Origin: Candidatus Latescibacterota bacterium
GTDB taxonomy: Bacteria; Latescibacterota; UBA2968; UBA8231
Length of the DNA: 64,000 bases
Assembly (NCBI GenBank): GCA_965261395.1
Contig: OZ253462.1
Coordinates: 1,536,001-1,600,000, forward strand
Direction: 5' to 3'
The position numbers and the translations under genes were made by a program. The notes beneath the pieces are model-generated. The model ran no database searches. It was not told the DNA's origin and was given only the letters and a program-made list of their open reading frames with translations. Shown piece after piece: positions 50,872-61,185 of the stretch (position 1 is its first letter; each line of letters opens with the position of its first letter).

Positions 50872-52665
50872 TTATTCCCACTCCACCGTGCCCGGCGGCT
50901 TGTGGGTAATGTCGTAGAAGACTGCCTCAATTCCCGCTAGCGCCAACAGCCGCTCGCACACGTCGTCCAAAAACGCCTGCGGCAATGTGCAAAAGCGTGC
51001 GGTCATAAAGTCGGAAGTCGCAATCGGCCGCAGCACCACACTCTCTTGGACTCCATCCGACGACAGCGGCAGCAGCACCGTTGGCATCTGGGTTACTTCC
51101 TCCATCAGCCCGTGGCGCTCCAACGCCTCCATGCTAATGGCATCGGCCCGGCGCAGGAGATCGAGCCGGTCGCGGGTTAAATACCCCACCTTGAGGCTTT
51201 GCTGCGGCCGCGGTATCGGCCCCAGCAGGTATATCACCCGATTGATCGACGGGAAGTTATTAGTCAGCTCGGTGGACAGCGCCTCCAGCGTCTTCCACTC
51301 GCTCTGGCCAGAGACCACCGCTGGATGCGCGTAGGTCCGCGCATCCCCCTGCACGCCGACGCTGCGCAACGGCAGCACATCGAGCGCTAGGCCGAATGTT
51401 GACGCCACCTTTTGCGCCTCAGCGACCGTCTCGGGTGCTACGTTCTCCGCGCTGGGCCCCTCGCTGCACAAGACCCGGACCGCCAGCCCCGGCCCTGGGA
51501 ACGGATGCCGCCAGACCAAGTGGTGCGGCAAGCCGAGCGTCTCGCCCAAGGTGCGCGCCTCGTCCTTGTAGAGCTGATCTAGCGGCTCGACGACCTTGCC
51601 CTCGGCCAACAGCTGATCGATGACGCCGACTCGATTGTGGTGGGTCTTGATGACCGCTGCGTTTTCCGTGCCGCCGGACTCGATAGTATCCGTGTAGAGC
51701 GTCCCTTGGCCCAACAGCCACTCGTCCGGGTCCAATGCCAGCGCCGCTAGCGCCCGGTCGCGGACGCGGATGAACTCCTCGCCGATCCGCAGCCGCTTCT
51801 CCTCTGGGTCGGCAATCCCCTCCGTGGCGGCGAGGAATTCCGTGCTGGCATCGACAACTTCTAGATTGTGCAGACCCGCCCCCTTCATCAGCCGCTCGAC
51901 CAGCGCGGTCTCGCCCTCGCGCATAAAGCCGTTGTCAATGTGCAAGCCCAGCACCCGCTCTGCGCCCAAGGCGCGGTTGAGCAGGAGGAACGCCACCGAC
52001 GAATCGACCCCACCGCTGACGAACAGAAAGACGTTGCGCCCCTTAGCCTGCTGCTGGATCCGCTCTATCACCTGCTCGATGTAGCGCTCCATCGTCCAAC
52101 TCCGCTCCGCGCCGCAGAGCATGGCGAAGTTATCGAGGATGTCCATGCCCCGGACGGTGTGCGTTACTTCTGGATGGAACTGCAAGCCGTATATCTTGCG
52201 CTCGGCGTCGCCCATTGCCGCGACCGGGCAGTCCTCGGTCGCGCCCAAGACAGTAAACCCGGGCGGCAACGCCGCAACGTGATCGCGATGGCTCATCCAC
52301 ACCCGCTCGCGTGCGTCCAACCCGCCTAGTACCCCCTCTGCCTTGTGGACTTGCAAATAGGCCGCACCAAACTCGTGGGTCGTCCCCCGCTCGACTTGGC
52401 CACCCAAGCGGTGGCAGAGCAGTTGGTGGCCGTAGCACAAGCCCAGCATCGGCTTGCCCATCGCCAAAATTTCGGGATTGTACGCCGGGGCTTGCGGGTC
52501 ATAAACGCTGGCCGGTCCGCCCGACAGAATCAGCCCGTCGGCGTCCTGCAAATCGGCTACCGCAGTCTCCGGCGAGCGGATCTCAGCATGGACGCGGAGG
52601 CGGCGAATGCGGTTGGCGATCAGGTGGGCGTACTGCCCGCCGAAGTCGAGGACGACGATGCTCAC
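50872..52665 (-). CDS. guaA: GMP synthase (glutamine-hydrolysing), long form
   Basis: LDFGGQY, GLCYG, QFHPE, SGGVDS, IKTHHN, HPFPGPGL, KPPGTVEWE. Confidence 0.97.
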   Translation of the reverse strand: MSIVVLDFGGQYAHLIANRIRRLRVHAEIRSPETAVADLQDADGLILSGGPASVYDPQAPAYNPEILAMGKPMLGLCYGHQLLCHRLGGQVERGTTHEFGAAYLQVHKAEGVLGGLDARERVWMSHRDHVAALPPGFTVLGATEDCPVAAMGDAERKIYGLQFHPEVTHTVRGMDILDNFAMLCGAERSWTMERYIEQVIERIQQQAKGRNVFLFVSGGVDSSVAFLLLNRALGAERVLGLHIDNGFMREGETALVERLMKGAGLHNLEVVDASTEFLAATEGIADPEEKRLRIGEEFIRVRDRALAALALDPDEWLLGQGTLYTDTIESGGTENAAVIKTHHNRVGVIDQLLAEGKVVEPLDQLYKDEARTLGETLGLPHHLVWRHPFPGPGLAVRVLCSEGPSAENVAPETVAEAQKVASTFGLALDVLPLRSVGVQGDARTYAHPAVVSGQSEWKTLEALSTELTNNFPSINRVIYLLGPIPRPQQSLKVGYLTRDRLDLLRRADAISMEALERHGLMEEVTQMPTVLLPLSSDGVQESVVLRPIATSDFMTARFCTLPQAFLDDVCERLLALAGIEAVFYDITHKPPGTVEWE

Positions 52666-52668
52666 GAT

Positions 52669-53214
52669 TTATACCTGTCCTTTCAGGCTACCCCACGAAA
52701 TGGGTGCTACATTTGTCTGCTCAGCAGTAAGATACAAGCCAGCGCCAATGTAATAGGATACACCCTCAATCTCGATGGGGGCCACGTAGCTTACCTTGGG
52801 GGATTCGTCGGCTCCTTCTATCGCTGGATTATCCCAGAGGTACTCCACAAAGCCGCCTCCGGCTTGTGCGGCCGCGATATTCTGCTGCGTGATCTTAACG
52901 CCATTGCTATCCTCTTGGTCAATATTATTGGTGCCTTCGCGCGAGGGGATAGTTGCGTGAAAGAAACTCGTACCCTCAAAATCGGTGATGAAAATATAAA
53001 TCGGCCCATGTCTCCATTCTTCGTCGGTCCTGAAGGACTCCAAAATGGCCGTCCGTGCCGCCTCATCCTGTGCGGACTCCAATAGGCTCTTCGCTTCTAT
53101 AACAAAATTTTTCAGCGTCTCCCGATCAACCACATCGCTTGCCGCGGCCGCGGCTTTTTCTACTCCGCCGAACAGCCCTATCGCCACTAGGACAAGTGAC
53201 AACATGCGGATCAT
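52669..53214 (-). CDS. Secreted stand-alone single Cache domain protein with SWGSLK tail
   Basis: Signal peptide, YIFI.D..G...H, D.NG, GGGFVEYLW.NP, PKVSYV, IGAGLY. Confidence 0.75.
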   Translation of the reverse strand: MIRMLSLVLVAIGLFGGVEKAAAAASDVVDRETLKNFVIEAKSLLESAQDEAARTAILESFRTDEEWRHGPIYIFITDFEGTSFFHATIPSREGTNNIDQEDSNGVKITQQNIAAAQAGGGFVEYLWDNPAIEGADESPKVSYVAPIEIEGVSYYIGAGLYLTAEQTNVAPISWGSLKGQV

Positions 53215-53345
53215 GGTCTTCTCCTCGTAGTTAATTAATGAGTTCTGTGTTCAGTTACAATCAGTACGTAAAGGGGCTTTCGGCATATAGTCAAGGCGCG
53301 GCGGGAGCCTTTTCTCACGCCTCCACCGGACTATATTTGGTCGCT

Positions 53346-54641
53346 ATGCCCTCCTCTCATCCACCCACCCCATCTGAACGCCTGCGTCCCGAGCTGGGGC
53401 TAATCGGCGCTATCGCCCTCGGCTTGGGATCGATCGTCGGCACCGGCGTCTTTGTCAGCATTGGTATCGGCGCTGGCATCGCTGGACCAGCGGTCCTAGT
53501 CGCCATCGCCATCGCGGCGCTGGTCGCTCTTTGCAACGGCCTGTCCAGCGCCCAGCTCGCCGCCAGTCATCCGCTCAGCGGTGGCACGTATCAATACGGC
53601 TATGAGTACGCTTCGCCAGCCATCGGCTTTATTGCCGGGTGGATGTTCCTTTGCGCCAAGAGCGCGACCGCGGCGACCGCGGCGATGGGCCTGGCCGGCT
53701 ACCTGCTCAACGCGCTAGATCAAACCGGATTGATTACCCCGGTCGCCCTAGCAGCCGTGTTAGCGCTCACCCTCGTCTCCCTCATGGGCATCAACCGCAC
53801 CAACAAGGTCAACATCGCCATCGTCGCCGCGACACTTTGCTCGCTACTCATCTTCATCTTCGCTGGCACGCCCAGCGCTCTGCACAACCTGCGTCTGACC
53901 CCCTTCTTGGGCGACGACGGCTGGTCGGCCCTGTTGCAAGCCAGCGCCTTAATGTTCGTCGCCTATACGGGCTACGGTCGCATCGCCACGCTTGGCGAAG
54001 AAGTGCACCAACCCCGCAAGACGATCCCCCGCGCCATCGTCGCCGCGCTGCTCATCGCCATGATGCTCTACATCGGCGTCGGTGCCGTCGCCATAGCCGC
54101 CGTAGGGTCGGAGGCGTTCTACTCGGCCACTATGGACAAGGCCGCTCCCCTAAAGGTCATCGCCCGGACCTTTGACGTACCCGGCATCTCTTGGATCCTA
54201 GCCTTGGGGGCTATCACCGCCATGGCTGGAGTGCTGCTCAACCTGATCCTCGGTCTGTCGCGAGTCCTGCTGGCTATGGGCCGTCGCGGGGACATGCCCC
54301 GGGCACTTGCCCGCCTCAATCGGGACCAGACTACACCCTCTATTGCCGTGGTAGTCGTTGGGCTGGCGATTGCTGGGCTAGTTCTCGTAGGCGACATCAA
54401 GACCACTTGGTCCTTTAGCGCTTTCTCCATTCTGGTCTATTACGCCATCACCAACTTCTGCGCCCTGCGCTTGCCAGCCGACCAACGGCTCTATCCCCGG
54501 TGGATAGCCATAGTGGGCCTAGTCGCCTGCTTGGGACTGGCGTTTTTCGTCGAGAGCACAATCTGGCTCAGCGGCTTGGGACTGCTCTTGCTCGGCTGGT
54601 GTTGGCACCGCGTGGCGCAGCGCCGCATGGCGAAAGCCTAG
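53346..54641 (+). CDS. APC family amino acid permease
   Basis: GSIVGTGVF, SGGTY.Y, AYTGY...LGEEV..P..TIPRA; about 12 TM segments. Confidence 0.9.
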   Translation: MPSSHPPTPSERLRPELGLIGAIALGLGSIVGTGVFVSIGIGAGIAGPAVLVAIAIAALVALCNGLSSAQLAASHPLSGGTYQYGYEYASPAIGFIAGWMFLCAKSATAATAAMGLAGYLLNALDQTGLITPVALAAVLALTLVSLMGINRTNKVNIAIVAATLCSLLIFIFAGTPSALHNLRLTPFLGDDGWSALLQASALMFVAYTGYGRIATLGEEVHQPRKTIPRAIVAALLIAMMLYIGVGAVAIAAVGSEAFYSATMDKAAPLKVIARTFDVPGISWILALGAITAMAGVLLNLILGLSRVLLAMGRRGDMPRALARLNRDQTTPSIAVVVVGLAIAGLVLVGDIKTTWSFSAFSILVYYAITNFCALRLPADQRLYPRWIAIVGLVACLGLAFFVESTIWLSGLGLLLLGWCWHRVAQRRMAKA

Positions 54642-54778
54642 GAAATCGAACGGACGCGCTTGCTCGTCTATATTACTCTACAGGTATTGCAAAACAGCAG
54701 AAGAATGTGATGAGCGCATGCCCTTCTGCTGTCCCTAATCACTGATGTTATATGGGTCCGTTAGATGAGGTAGCGGCG

Positions 54779-56353
54779 CTAGTGTATTTTTGACGCCGCC
54801 TTGTCCGCGCTGCTAACCCGATCCCTCACCAGCAGCGTCGGCCGCTGCCAGCAAGCATCGTCGCGCGTTGGGTGGTCACAATTGTAGTGAACGCCGCGGC
54901 TTTCCAAGCGCTGTCGCGCCGAGCGGGCAATGAGCGTAGCCACGGTCGCCAAGTTGCGTAGCTGCACTAACTCGGCGTCGAGCCGATGCCCGCTGTACAA
55001 AGCTTCAATTTCTCGCGCCATCCGCTCCGTCTCCGCACAAGCTCGCTGCAAGCCTCGGTCGCTGCGCACGATCCCCACTTCGTCCCACATCAAGCGCCGC
55101 AGCAACTCCCGCCGCTCCTCCAGCGCATCAGACGCAATAGCATCGCCCGTATGCTCCATCTCGAACTGGCCCGCAGCCACGGGCGCGGCTGTACTGGCGT
55201 GCTCGACAGCGCGGCGCGCAAAAACCAACCCTTCCAACAGCGAGTTGCTCGCCAGCCGGTTGGCCCCCTGGAACCCGCTCATCGCCACCTCACCGGCCGC
55301 GTATAGACCCGCAATATCCGTCTGACCGTGCGCACCGGTCCACACCCCACCACAGCTATAGTGAGCCGCCGGCACCACCGGGATCGGCGTCTTAGTCATG
55401 TCCACGCCCATCCCCAGACAATGCTGATAGATGTTGGGGAAGCGGTGACGGGTCTGGTCGGCGTCTTGGCCGGTGACGTCCAAATAGACGCACTCAGCAC
55501 CGCTTTGCTGCATCTGCGCGACAATGGCCCGCGACACCACATCGCGCGTCTGCAACGGGTCGGTAAACGCCGCGCCGCACTCGTCGATCAGCACCGCGCC
55601 AAAGCCGCGCAAAGCCTCGGTAATCAGGAATGAGGCCCGCCCCGGATCGTAGAGCATGGTCGGGTGGAACTGCATAAACTCCATGTTGCTCACCCTCGCT
55701 CCGGCCCGCCAAGCCATGGCAACCCCATCGCCGGAAGCCACGCGCGGGTTGGTGGTGTGCAAAAAGACCTGCCCGCAACCACCCGTAGCCAGCAGCGTAA
55801 CCGGCGCTAAGGCGGTGATGGGCGCTACTTGCTCTGAGTCCAATACCCAAGCCCCGCGACAACGCCGCTGATCGTCCACGATCAGGTCCACGGCCAAATG
55901 GTGATCGTACAAGGTCACCTGCGGCAGCGCTTGCACGGCCGCGACCAAGGCGCGCGTCACCTCGCGGCCAGTCATATCGTCCGCATGCACCACCCGCGCA
56001 TGCGCGTGGCCACCTTCGCGCCCCAACGCCAACACCCCGGGCCGCGCTTGGTTAAACTGCGCGCCAATCGCCAGCAATTCGGCCACCACCTCCGGCCCTT
56101 CGGCCACCACCCCTTCGGCGACCGCGCGGTCGCACAGGCCAGCGCCCGCCGCGAGCGTGTCTTGCGCGTGGCTGGCAACCGAATCGGCTGCATCCATGGC
56201 CGCGGCAATGCCGCCTTGCGCGTATTGAGTGTTGGACTCGCGCCGCTCGCGCTTGGTCACCACAGCCACAGACCCGTGCTGCGCGGCTTTGAGGGCAAAG
56301 AACAAACCGGCAATACCGCTGCCGAGAACGAGATAATCCGCCTCAATTTTCAT
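54779..56353 (-). CDS. nadB: L-aspartate oxidase
   Basis: GSGIAGL, AQGGIAA, EGGH, QFHPT, PAAHY.CGG, GANRLASNSLLE, ESRG.H. Confidence 0.93.
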   Translation of the reverse strand: MKIEADYLVLGSGIAGLFFALKAAQHGSVAVVTKRERRESNTQYAQGGIAAAMDAADSVASHAQDTLAAGAGLCDRAVAEGVVAEGPEVVAELLAIGAQFNQARPGVLALGREGGHAHARVVHADDMTGREVTRALVAAVQALPQVTLYDHHLAVDLIVDDQRRCRGAWVLDSEQVAPITALAPVTLLATGGCGQVFLHTTNPRVASGDGVAMAWRAGARVSNMEFMQFHPTMLYDPGRASFLITEALRGFGAVLIDECGAAFTDPLQTRDVVSRAIVAQMQQSGAECVYLDVTGQDADQTRHRFPNIYQHCLGMGVDMTKTPIPVVPAAHYSCGGVWTGAHGQTDIAGLYAAGEVAMSGFQGANRLASNSLLEGLVFARRAVEHASTAAPVAAGQFEMEHTGDAIASDALEERRELLRRLMWDEVGIVRSDRGLQRACAETERMAREIEALYSGHRLDAELVQLRNLATVATLIARSARQRLESRGVHYNCDHPTRDDACWQRPTLLVRDRVSSADKAASKIH

Positions 56354-59001
56354 TTGATAAAGACCATTTTTTTGGCGTGGGCAATCGGCCCGACGCGCAA
56401 CACATAGTAATACATACCACTGGCCACGCGCTCGCCCCGCTTGTCGCGACCATCCCAAGAAACGCTGTACAACCCCGGGGATGCCAACCCCTCAACCAAG
56501 TGCCGCACCAAGCCGCCGGTCAAGGTGCGGACTTCGAACTCGACCGTAGTCTCGCCGGCGACAATGGGGTCGTTGATCCCGATCTGATAGTCGATCTGCG
56601 TAGCCTCGTTGAACGGGTTGGGGTAATTCTGCCCCAAGGCAAAGTCCAAGGGTATGCGCGGGTCGAAGTTGAGGAAGGGCCGCCAGCGAACATCGCCGCT
56701 AATCCGGGCCTCGATCCAGCTCTCGTCCTCGTTCCCCCACCAATTGTTGATCGCCTGCAGCGGTTGATTGGATTGATTGTCGAGCAATTGCTCACTGTCT
56801 TGGACGCCGTTCAAGACCAGCCGCGCCGGCACCGCGCTCCCCTCCACCCGCAGGGCCAACGCATTGCGGAAGAATTGATTGCGCACAATGCGCGGGCGCG
56901 CGTTTCTAGACCAAAGGCCGACCTCGTGATTGTACAGCGCGTTGTTCTCGATCTCGACTTCTCGCGTCTCCACGCAGAGAATCCCAATCCCACCGGTAAA
57001 TGAATTGCCCGCCACCTTGCCGCTGGTCCCTCGCCCCAAGACCAAGTTGGCCTCCTCGGGCGCAGCCGAGCCGTTGGTGTTGAAACGGCTGTCGAGCAAT
57101 GACAAAAACCCGCCTTCGCGCCAGAGGCCAGCGCGGCCATTGTCGTGCAGCTCGGCTTGGTGTATCCGCGTCAAGGCCGGACCGGCGATCCAAATGCCCA
57201 CTCCACCCGCTTCCTCGACGCGCACGCGATCTAAGAGAATCTCCTCTTCGACCTTTTCTAAGCGAATGCCGTCCGCGCTGACGTGGCGGATTGTCACATC
57301 TTCTAAGGTAATGGCGTGGTCGATCTTTTCGGCCCATAGCCCATAGTGGGCGTGGTCGATGAGGACGCTGCGCAAATAGGCCGAGGCCGTTAGGCGCAGC
57401 ACGAGTCCTTGCCAATCCCCGGGCTTGGGGTCGGCGGCGGCCGAGCGGAAGGCGGTTTGCCCCTGCCCCGAAGCGCCGACGAAGAGATCGCCGTACACCA
57501 TCAGCTCCACGCGCGCCGTATCCTCACCCGCAGCCAGCGCGTCTGACCCCACCAACACCTGCGTGCCAGCGCGGACATCGAGCTGCCCTCCGGGCAGGAC
57601 GGTCACGTCGCCTGCGACCTCAATGCGGTCTTTCCACACCTCGACGCCAGCAATCGGGCCAGCGCGGCGGCGATCTTGCAGCTTGAGGTCGGCCACCATC
57701 TGGTCGCCCTCGCGGCGGATGCGGGTCACACTAACCCCAGGCGTGGACGCTGGGTTGGACGCAGCCCAGAAGTCGGTAAATTGCTCGCCGTCAAACACGT
57801 CGGTGGCGTCTCCGAGGTTGCCGCCAAAATCCGTGCGATAGCGCTCGTCGTGCGCCCAAAAGTCGAGGTTGTCGCGGCCTCTAAACGGAGACGGCTTGCC
57901 GCCCAAAGGGAAACCCGCATCGCCAAAAAGCCCATCGGCGCATACTAAATCCACCCATTTGTTGACTTCCGCATTGTTGCCGCTGCGAGCGGGGTTTATG
58001 CGCCAGATTAGCAAGCCCTCGCCGGGCAGATTGCGCTCGTAGTAGCTGTGCTGGCCGCTGCGGAACTCCACGAGGAAAAAGTGCTCGGCGGGCGCGAGCG
58101 CGGGCAATAGGTACACCGCACCGCCGGCGTTGACATCGGCAAAGACCACGTCGTCTTGGTCCGTGCTCAGCACTTCGAGCTGTTGGTTATTTACCCCCAG
58201 CCAGCCGAGTTGTCCCAAACTCCAAGCGCAAAAGGGGTTTGGACCATCTACCTCGTCCCAACCTCGATTGCCGTGCCCCATCAACCCCCAATAGCCAATG
58301 CCGCCCGAGTCGTCGTCCGGCTCGGTCCCAGAGTCGCGGTCATACAGGTCCGGTAAGCCCAGAAAGTGCCCAAACTCGTGGGCCATGCTGCCCGCGGCCT
58401 CGGCAAAAGACCGCCCGAGCTGAACGGTGCCGTTGTCCGAGCGGACCTGGATGAAGCCGCCGCGTTGGGCGCGGTCTTTGCTCACAAAGTCGTTGACCAA
58501 CCCGAGTCGGGCGACGCCTGTGGCCTCTTCGGTGATAAAGCCCGTCGGGGCCGAGGCCGAGACAAGAAAAATAAAATCCACGTATCCATCGTCGTCGCCG
58601 GAATTAGGCACCCCGTCGGGGCCGTCGTTGTCGTAGCGGCCAAAATCCACGTCGGCATCAACGGCGGTTATGACCTCGCGGGCAAAGCGGCCATAACCGC
58701 TCTCCTCGCCTGCGTACGCATCGGCATTGTTGAGGGCCACATACCAGCGGGGCAGCACCTCGCCGGTAAGCGTGAACTGCCCGCGCGACATCTCTCGGTA
58801 GAAGTGGGTCAGGCTGCCCGGCTGCTCGGCGAAAATCCTCGTCGCAAAAGACGGGATCTCGCTGCCCAAGCTGCGCTCGTCGGCAAAGTGCGCGAAGATG
58901 GTCAGGGCGTGGATGTGTCCGGTTTGGGAGGCGACGCCTTGTAGAGGGGTCGCGCCGATCTCTGCGGCGATGAGTGCGACGAGCAGTAGAAGGCTTTTCA
59001 T
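56350..59001 (-). CDS. Secreted M6 (immune inhibitor A-like) metalloprotease with beta-helix and FlgD/T9SS-like C-terminal domain
   Basis: AHEFGHFLGLPDLYD, W.LM..G, parallel beta-helix repeats, QNYPNPFN...WDGRD. Confidence 0.85.
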   Translation of the reverse strand: MKSLLLLVALIAAEIGATPLQGVASQTGHIHALTIFAHFADERSLGSEIPSFATRIFAEQPGSLTHFYREMSRGQFTLTGEVLPRWYVALNNADAYAGEESGYGRFAREVITAVDADVDFGRYDNDGPDGVPNSGDDDGYVDFIFLVSASAPTGFITEEATGVARLGLVNDFVSKDRAQRGGFIQVRSDNGTVQLGRSFAEAAGSMAHEFGHFLGLPDLYDRDSGTEPDDDSGGIGYWGLMGHGNRGWDEVDGPNPFCAWSLGQLGWLGVNNQQLEVLSTDQDDVVFADVNAGGAVYLLPALAPAEHFFLVEFRSGQHSYYERNLPGEGLLIWRINPARSGNNAEVNKWVDLVCADGLFGDAGFPLGGKPSPFRGRDNLDFWAHDERYRTDFGGNLGDATDVFDGEQFTDFWAASNPASTPGVSVTRIRREGDQMVADLKLQDRRRAGPIAGVEVWKDRIEVAGDVTVLPGGQLDVRAGTQVLVGSDALAAGEDTARVELMVYGDLFVGASGQGQTAFRSAAADPKPGDWQGLVLRLTASAYLRSVLIDHAHYGLWAEKIDHAITLEDVTIRHVSADGIRLEKVEEEILLDRVRVEEAGGVGIWIAGPALTRIHQAELHDNGRAGLWREGGFLSLLDSRFNTNGSAAPEEANLVLGRGTSGKVAGNSFTGGIGILCVETREVEIENNALYNHEVGLWSRNARPRIVRNQFFRNALALRVEGSAVPARLVLNGVQDSEQLLDNQSNQPLQAINNWWGNEDESWIEARISGDVRWRPFLNFDPRIPLDFALGQNYPNPFNEATQIDYQIGINDPIVAGETTVEFEVRTLTGGLVRHLVEGLASPGLYSVSWDGRDKRGERVASGMYYYVLRVGPIAHAKKMVFIK

Positions 59002-59026
59002 ACAAAAAGTCTGCAAGATCGCAATC

Positions 59027-59054
59027 GTAGGGGCAACCCTCGTGGTTGCCTTAT
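59027..59054. repeat. REP-like palindrome
   Basis: GTAGGGGCAACC-CTCGT-GGTTGCC. Confidence 0.55.
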
Positions 59055-59075
59055 GGGGGACGGAGCAGACCTTAC

Positions 59076-59324
59076 TTACGGTTGGCGACGACCGAATTGC
59101 AGATGAAAGCGATACAACAGTAGTAAGTACAAAAACAATAGACGCAATTCTAATTCGGTCGGTTTGCGGTTGACGGCGGCGTGAGCTTGTTGGGAGGCGA
59201 TTGCAGTGTTGACTCCGGCGTCGGCAGAAGACAACAGCCACATTACGATCCCAAATATCAGGGATATGCCGACTCCCCCGATGAGAAAGAGGCCCCAAGC
59301 TATCCAGTTAAAAAATGTACACAA
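59076..59324 (-). CDS. Small hydrophobic ORF, possibly a degraded membrane protein gene
   Basis: Hydrophobic 82-aa ORF in AT-richer DNA; in-frame stop shortly upstream. Confidence 0.3.
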   Translation of the reverse strand: MCTFFNWIAWGLFLIGGVGISLIFGIVMWLLSSADAGVNTAIASQQAHAAVNRKPTELELRLLFLYLLLLYRFHLQFGRRQP

Positions 59325-59468
59325 GAGACCTGTAACGAAACGTTTTTGACCTTTTCAGAGGCATCGAATGCTCCCAGGGCCACGTCTATCAGCCAATTGA
59401 GACATGTACCGATGCCTAGTAGAGCACCTTCATATGCAAGGCCCTCGTAAGTGCCCTATGCCCGGCAC

Positions 59469-61022
59469 CTATCGCCTGTCAGCATCACCTCCCATCCAGT
59501 CGATCTGTACCCCGCCGTAGCGCCTAATCCGCTGGTCCTGCTGCATCCGGTAGCGCCCGCTCAGCACCCATCCCCGCCAAGAGACCGAGACCAGCGCGTA
59601 GCCGCGCCAGCCCGTGCCGTAAAGCGAGCGGATGCTCACGGCCCCGGGCAGATCCACCTCGTATTCGTAGATCCGCGTCCAATACGAATCCGTGTGGAAG
59701 CGACTCACGTGCAAGGTGAGCCAGCGCGTCTTATACCGCACGCTGCCCAGCAGACCCCACTCGGCGCGAGCGGCGCGGTGCCAGCGCACCAGCTCGCCGT
59801 GCCAGCGCCAAGCTCCCCGATCCAAGTCCAAACGCCATTTGTGGCTGCGCTCCTGGACCAACTGCTCGTCCGCCCAGCGCGGCCGCAGTCGTCTCTGCCA
59901 CTGCCCACGCATCGCCCAGCGGCTACCCAATCGCCGCCGCAACTCGCCTCCCCAAGTGGCATACGTGGCCGGCACGGGTATGAAGTAGGAACGCGCAGGC
60001 CGGCGGTACACATCCGCGTAGGCGCGCCAGCCCCGCCCGCCGACTTCGACAACGCCACCCCGTTCGTTTTGCATGGCCGCAGTCCCCGGAGCCGCGCCAA
60101 AGAAGCTGTGGAACCCCGGCGCGTAGTAGCGGCCCAGCGTCCGCAGTCGCAGACCCCCATACCGCACCCGCAGTTCCCCGACCATCCCCCAGTGCCCCAC
60201 CCCATCGCCGGCCACTTCCAACGCCGCTCGGCCCCGACTCCAATCCACCCGCACATCCACGGCCCCAAGGCGCTGCTTGTCGCCGACAAAGCCCCAAGGC
60301 GTCCTCCCATTCCGGCGCAAGTCGAGACGATGGGAAAAATCCAAGGCCAGCAGGGTCGTGCCCCACTGCCAATGCTCGCCCCGCCAATGCAGTCGGCCAC
60401 CGCCAGCGCGGATGCCCAGCAGGTCTCTGCCTGCCACCTCGGTCGCGGTCACGTGATAGCCGCTCTCGGGCAGGGACCGCACTTGGCCCTGATCGTCCAA
60501 ACGCCCGTCCCGGCGCGTCCAGCCCCCGATCAGCATACCGCTCCACGCGCGGCCCTCGTAGCGCCACGCCGCGCCGCGCAAGGCGTTGTTCTCCCCGCTA
60601 GAGCGATACCCCAAGCGCCGACTGTCCCCAGCCGGCATTCTCGGCGCGATACTCCCGCGCCGGCTGCGTCCAAACACCAAGCCCGCGCCCGTGCCGGGCC
60701 GCAGGTCGCCGACGACCCATTCGGATCGTGGCCTCTGCACTGCGTAGTAAAACGTCCTAAAATCGCTCCATCCCGACTCGCCTGGATCGCGCTCGGCCAA
60801 ACCAAAAAACGCCTGTCCGCTGACTGGCGCGACCTCCACCCGCTGATACAATTGCCATCGCTCCCGATCCGCTTCAGCCCCGCGCACCCGCCACCGCACA
60901 GCCGCCGCGTCTAACCCTGCCAAATCGTCCAACCGCTGCTCCAAATAGCCCGCGTCCTCCTCCCCGAAATCCCCATCTGCCCACACCGGGCCGACCAACA
61001 TCAACACCCACAGTCGCCACAT
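59469..61022 (-). CDS. Putative outer-membrane beta-barrel protein resembling the barrel part of FCB ComEA/HhH-type proteins
   Basis: Signal peptide, ERDPGE, VVGD...G.G.GL, RIYEYE.D, amphipathic strands. Confidence 0.55.
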   Translation of the reverse strand: MWRLWVLMLVGPVWADGDFGEEDAGYLEQRLDDLAGLDAAAVRWRVRGAEADRERWQLYQRVEVAPVSGQAFFGLAERDPGESGWSDFRTFYYAVQRPRSEWVVGDLRPGTGAGLVFGRSRRGSIAPRMPAGDSRRLGYRSSGENNALRGAAWRYEGRAWSGMLIGGWTRRDGRLDDQGQVRSLPESGYHVTATEVAGRDLLGIRAGGGRLHWRGEHWQWGTTLLALDFSHRLDLRRNGRTPWGFVGDKQRLGAVDVRVDWSRGRAALEVAGDGVGHWGMVGELRVRYGGLRLRTLGRYYAPGFHSFFGAAPGTAAMQNERGGVVEVGGRGWRAYADVYRRPARSYFIPVPATYATWGGELRRRLGSRWAMRGQWQRRLRPRWADEQLVQERSHKWRLDLDRGAWRWHGELVRWHRAARAEWGLLGSVRYKTRWLTLHVSRFHTDSYWTRIYEYEVDLPGAVSIRSLYGTGWRGYALVSVSWRGWVLSGRYRMQQDQRIRRYGGVQIDWMGGDADRR

Positions 61023-61048
61023 AGTCCTTCCTCCTTTGTCGGGACTCT

Positions 61049-61064
61049 TGCAATGACTGTGCCA
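61049..61064 (-). promoter_or_regulatory. Sigma-54 (-24/-12) promoter
   Basis: TGGCACAGTCATTGCA, consensus match 26 bp upstream of the ATG; AGGAGG RBS between. Confidence 0.8.
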
Positions 61065-61185
61065 TGAGGCTCGGTCAGTGGAGTGGGCAGTGGCTAGTGT
61101 ATCCTTTATTCCCTATTCTGTTCCCTTTAGGTTACAGTCCCAAGCAGGCAGTCGCCGAGGCGGATTGGGGCCAAAGAGATCATCC

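Noticed and set aside
59451-60914. 487-aa plus-strand ORF, and similar long antisense or alternate-frame ORFs throughout the track
   Set aside because: Pro/Arg/Ala-rich shadows of real genes in GC-rich DNA with no motifs or RBS
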